From: Squalus acanthias
Lineage: Eukaryota
Direction of reading: 5' to 3'
Assembly (NCBI GenBank): GCA_030390025.1
Contig: CM059433.1
Coordinates: forward strand, 21,206,001 to 21,270,000
DNA length: 64,000 nucleotides
Positions 62,961 to 64,000 of the stretch are shown here, piece after piece (positions within the stretch are counted from its first letter, which is position 1; every line of letters starts with the position of its first letter). The notes beneath the pieces were generated by a model. That model was not told the DNA's origin. It saw nothing but the letters and a program-made list of their open reading frames with translations, and searched no databases. A program made the translations under genes and the position numbers.

Positions 62961-64000
62961 GTGAAGAATATTCATAAAGTTGATGCAGAAAAGCTGGGTG
63001 AGTTAACACAGTTCGCAGTCAATCGGAATTACTCTTTAGAAATCTTCACAGTGTAATGATCCATTAAACTTATTTCTCCTCTGAGGTAACCGTTGCTTTC
63101 TGGCAAGCTGTTAACAACATTTTATCAAATATGGGAATAATTAGTGTGCTGGCAACTTAAATCTGACCTGCAATTGATTGTTTCCAGAAATGGTCGACAT
63201 ACAAATGCTTAGCACCCACATTGTTGGTAGTCAATTGCAAGTGACCTGAGGAGTACTAGAAACCCCCCCCCCCCCCGCACTGATGTGCAGTGGCATTACA
63301 GAGCGTATTTGACTTTTTTCGTCCTCTATTTTATTTGCCTTTGTGAGGTTCAATACAATAAATATCGCTGTTTCATTTAGACCTGCTTCAGTGGAGTCTG
63401 AAGAAATGCAGTATTTTGGATGTAAATCATGTAATCTATCAATACAATGTGTGTATGAAATAAGAGTTTCGAGAAACATTTTGATATGTACAGATGCTTT
63501 CCTACAGAGTCTAGAGATTTGTTTCGCCTCATCCAATTCAGACAATTTTATACTGGTTGCTTTCTTTAATTATAGTCACCGCAAATAATAAAAAATTTCT
63601 TGCAGCATAGCATTGCATCTTGGAGCAAATGCCAAAGTTCAAATGAGTTAATTGCATTTTGTTAATACTGCATTTCATACCGTTAAAAATGGTTAATGAT
63701 TTTTGCACTGTGTACGTAGGCACCTGTATTCTCTTATATATCAGTTCAAAGGTTGAACCAATATAGAACAACTTGATAGAGCTTCAATATGAATTCAGCT
63801 CTCCATACCATTTGCTTCTTTTCCCCTTAAGGTTTAGCTGTTGAAGGAATTTACTGACCTCAAATTTGTTTCAACATGCGGTTTGGATTTATAGAGCTTA
63901 TCTCCTGCAAGAACATAGCTTATTTGTTACCTGACTTCCCATTCAGCACTTTATCCTGTTTCATTGCCAATCACTTCTTTACAGAATCATACTTTTCTTT

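Overview
Eukaryotic, very repeat-dense vertebrate DNA, most likely intronic or intergenic sequence of a cartilaginous fish (shark or ray). The species inference rests on the repeat spectrum: HER1-like CR1 LINEs, an HE1-like V-SINE and SacSINE1-like DeuSINEs. Almost all listed ORFs are transposon frames or antisense shadows. The window holds many CR1 copies (one very young with a stop-free EN+RT ORF2, one near full length with ORF1), a second CR1/L2-group LINE family, L2 and RTE fragments and several tRNA-derived SINEs. It also holds more than 12 non-autonomous PIF/Harbinger-type DNA elements with 3-bp TSDs, two of which keep Myb/SANT exons, and short Penelope-type terminal repeats carrying minimal hammerhead ribozymes. 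One of the latter is a perfect 94-bp-arm palindrome with a 14-bp TSD. One convincing 103-nt host exon lies on the minus strand; I cannot name the gene. No CRISPR array, rRNA or intact tRNA was seen. The most interesting signals are the hammerhead-bearing elements and a Harbinger MITE family whose hairpins keep their pairing while their sequence changes, and which carries promoter motifs plus tandem splice donors. Family names come from motif recognition, not database searches, and boundaries of degenerate copies are approximate.
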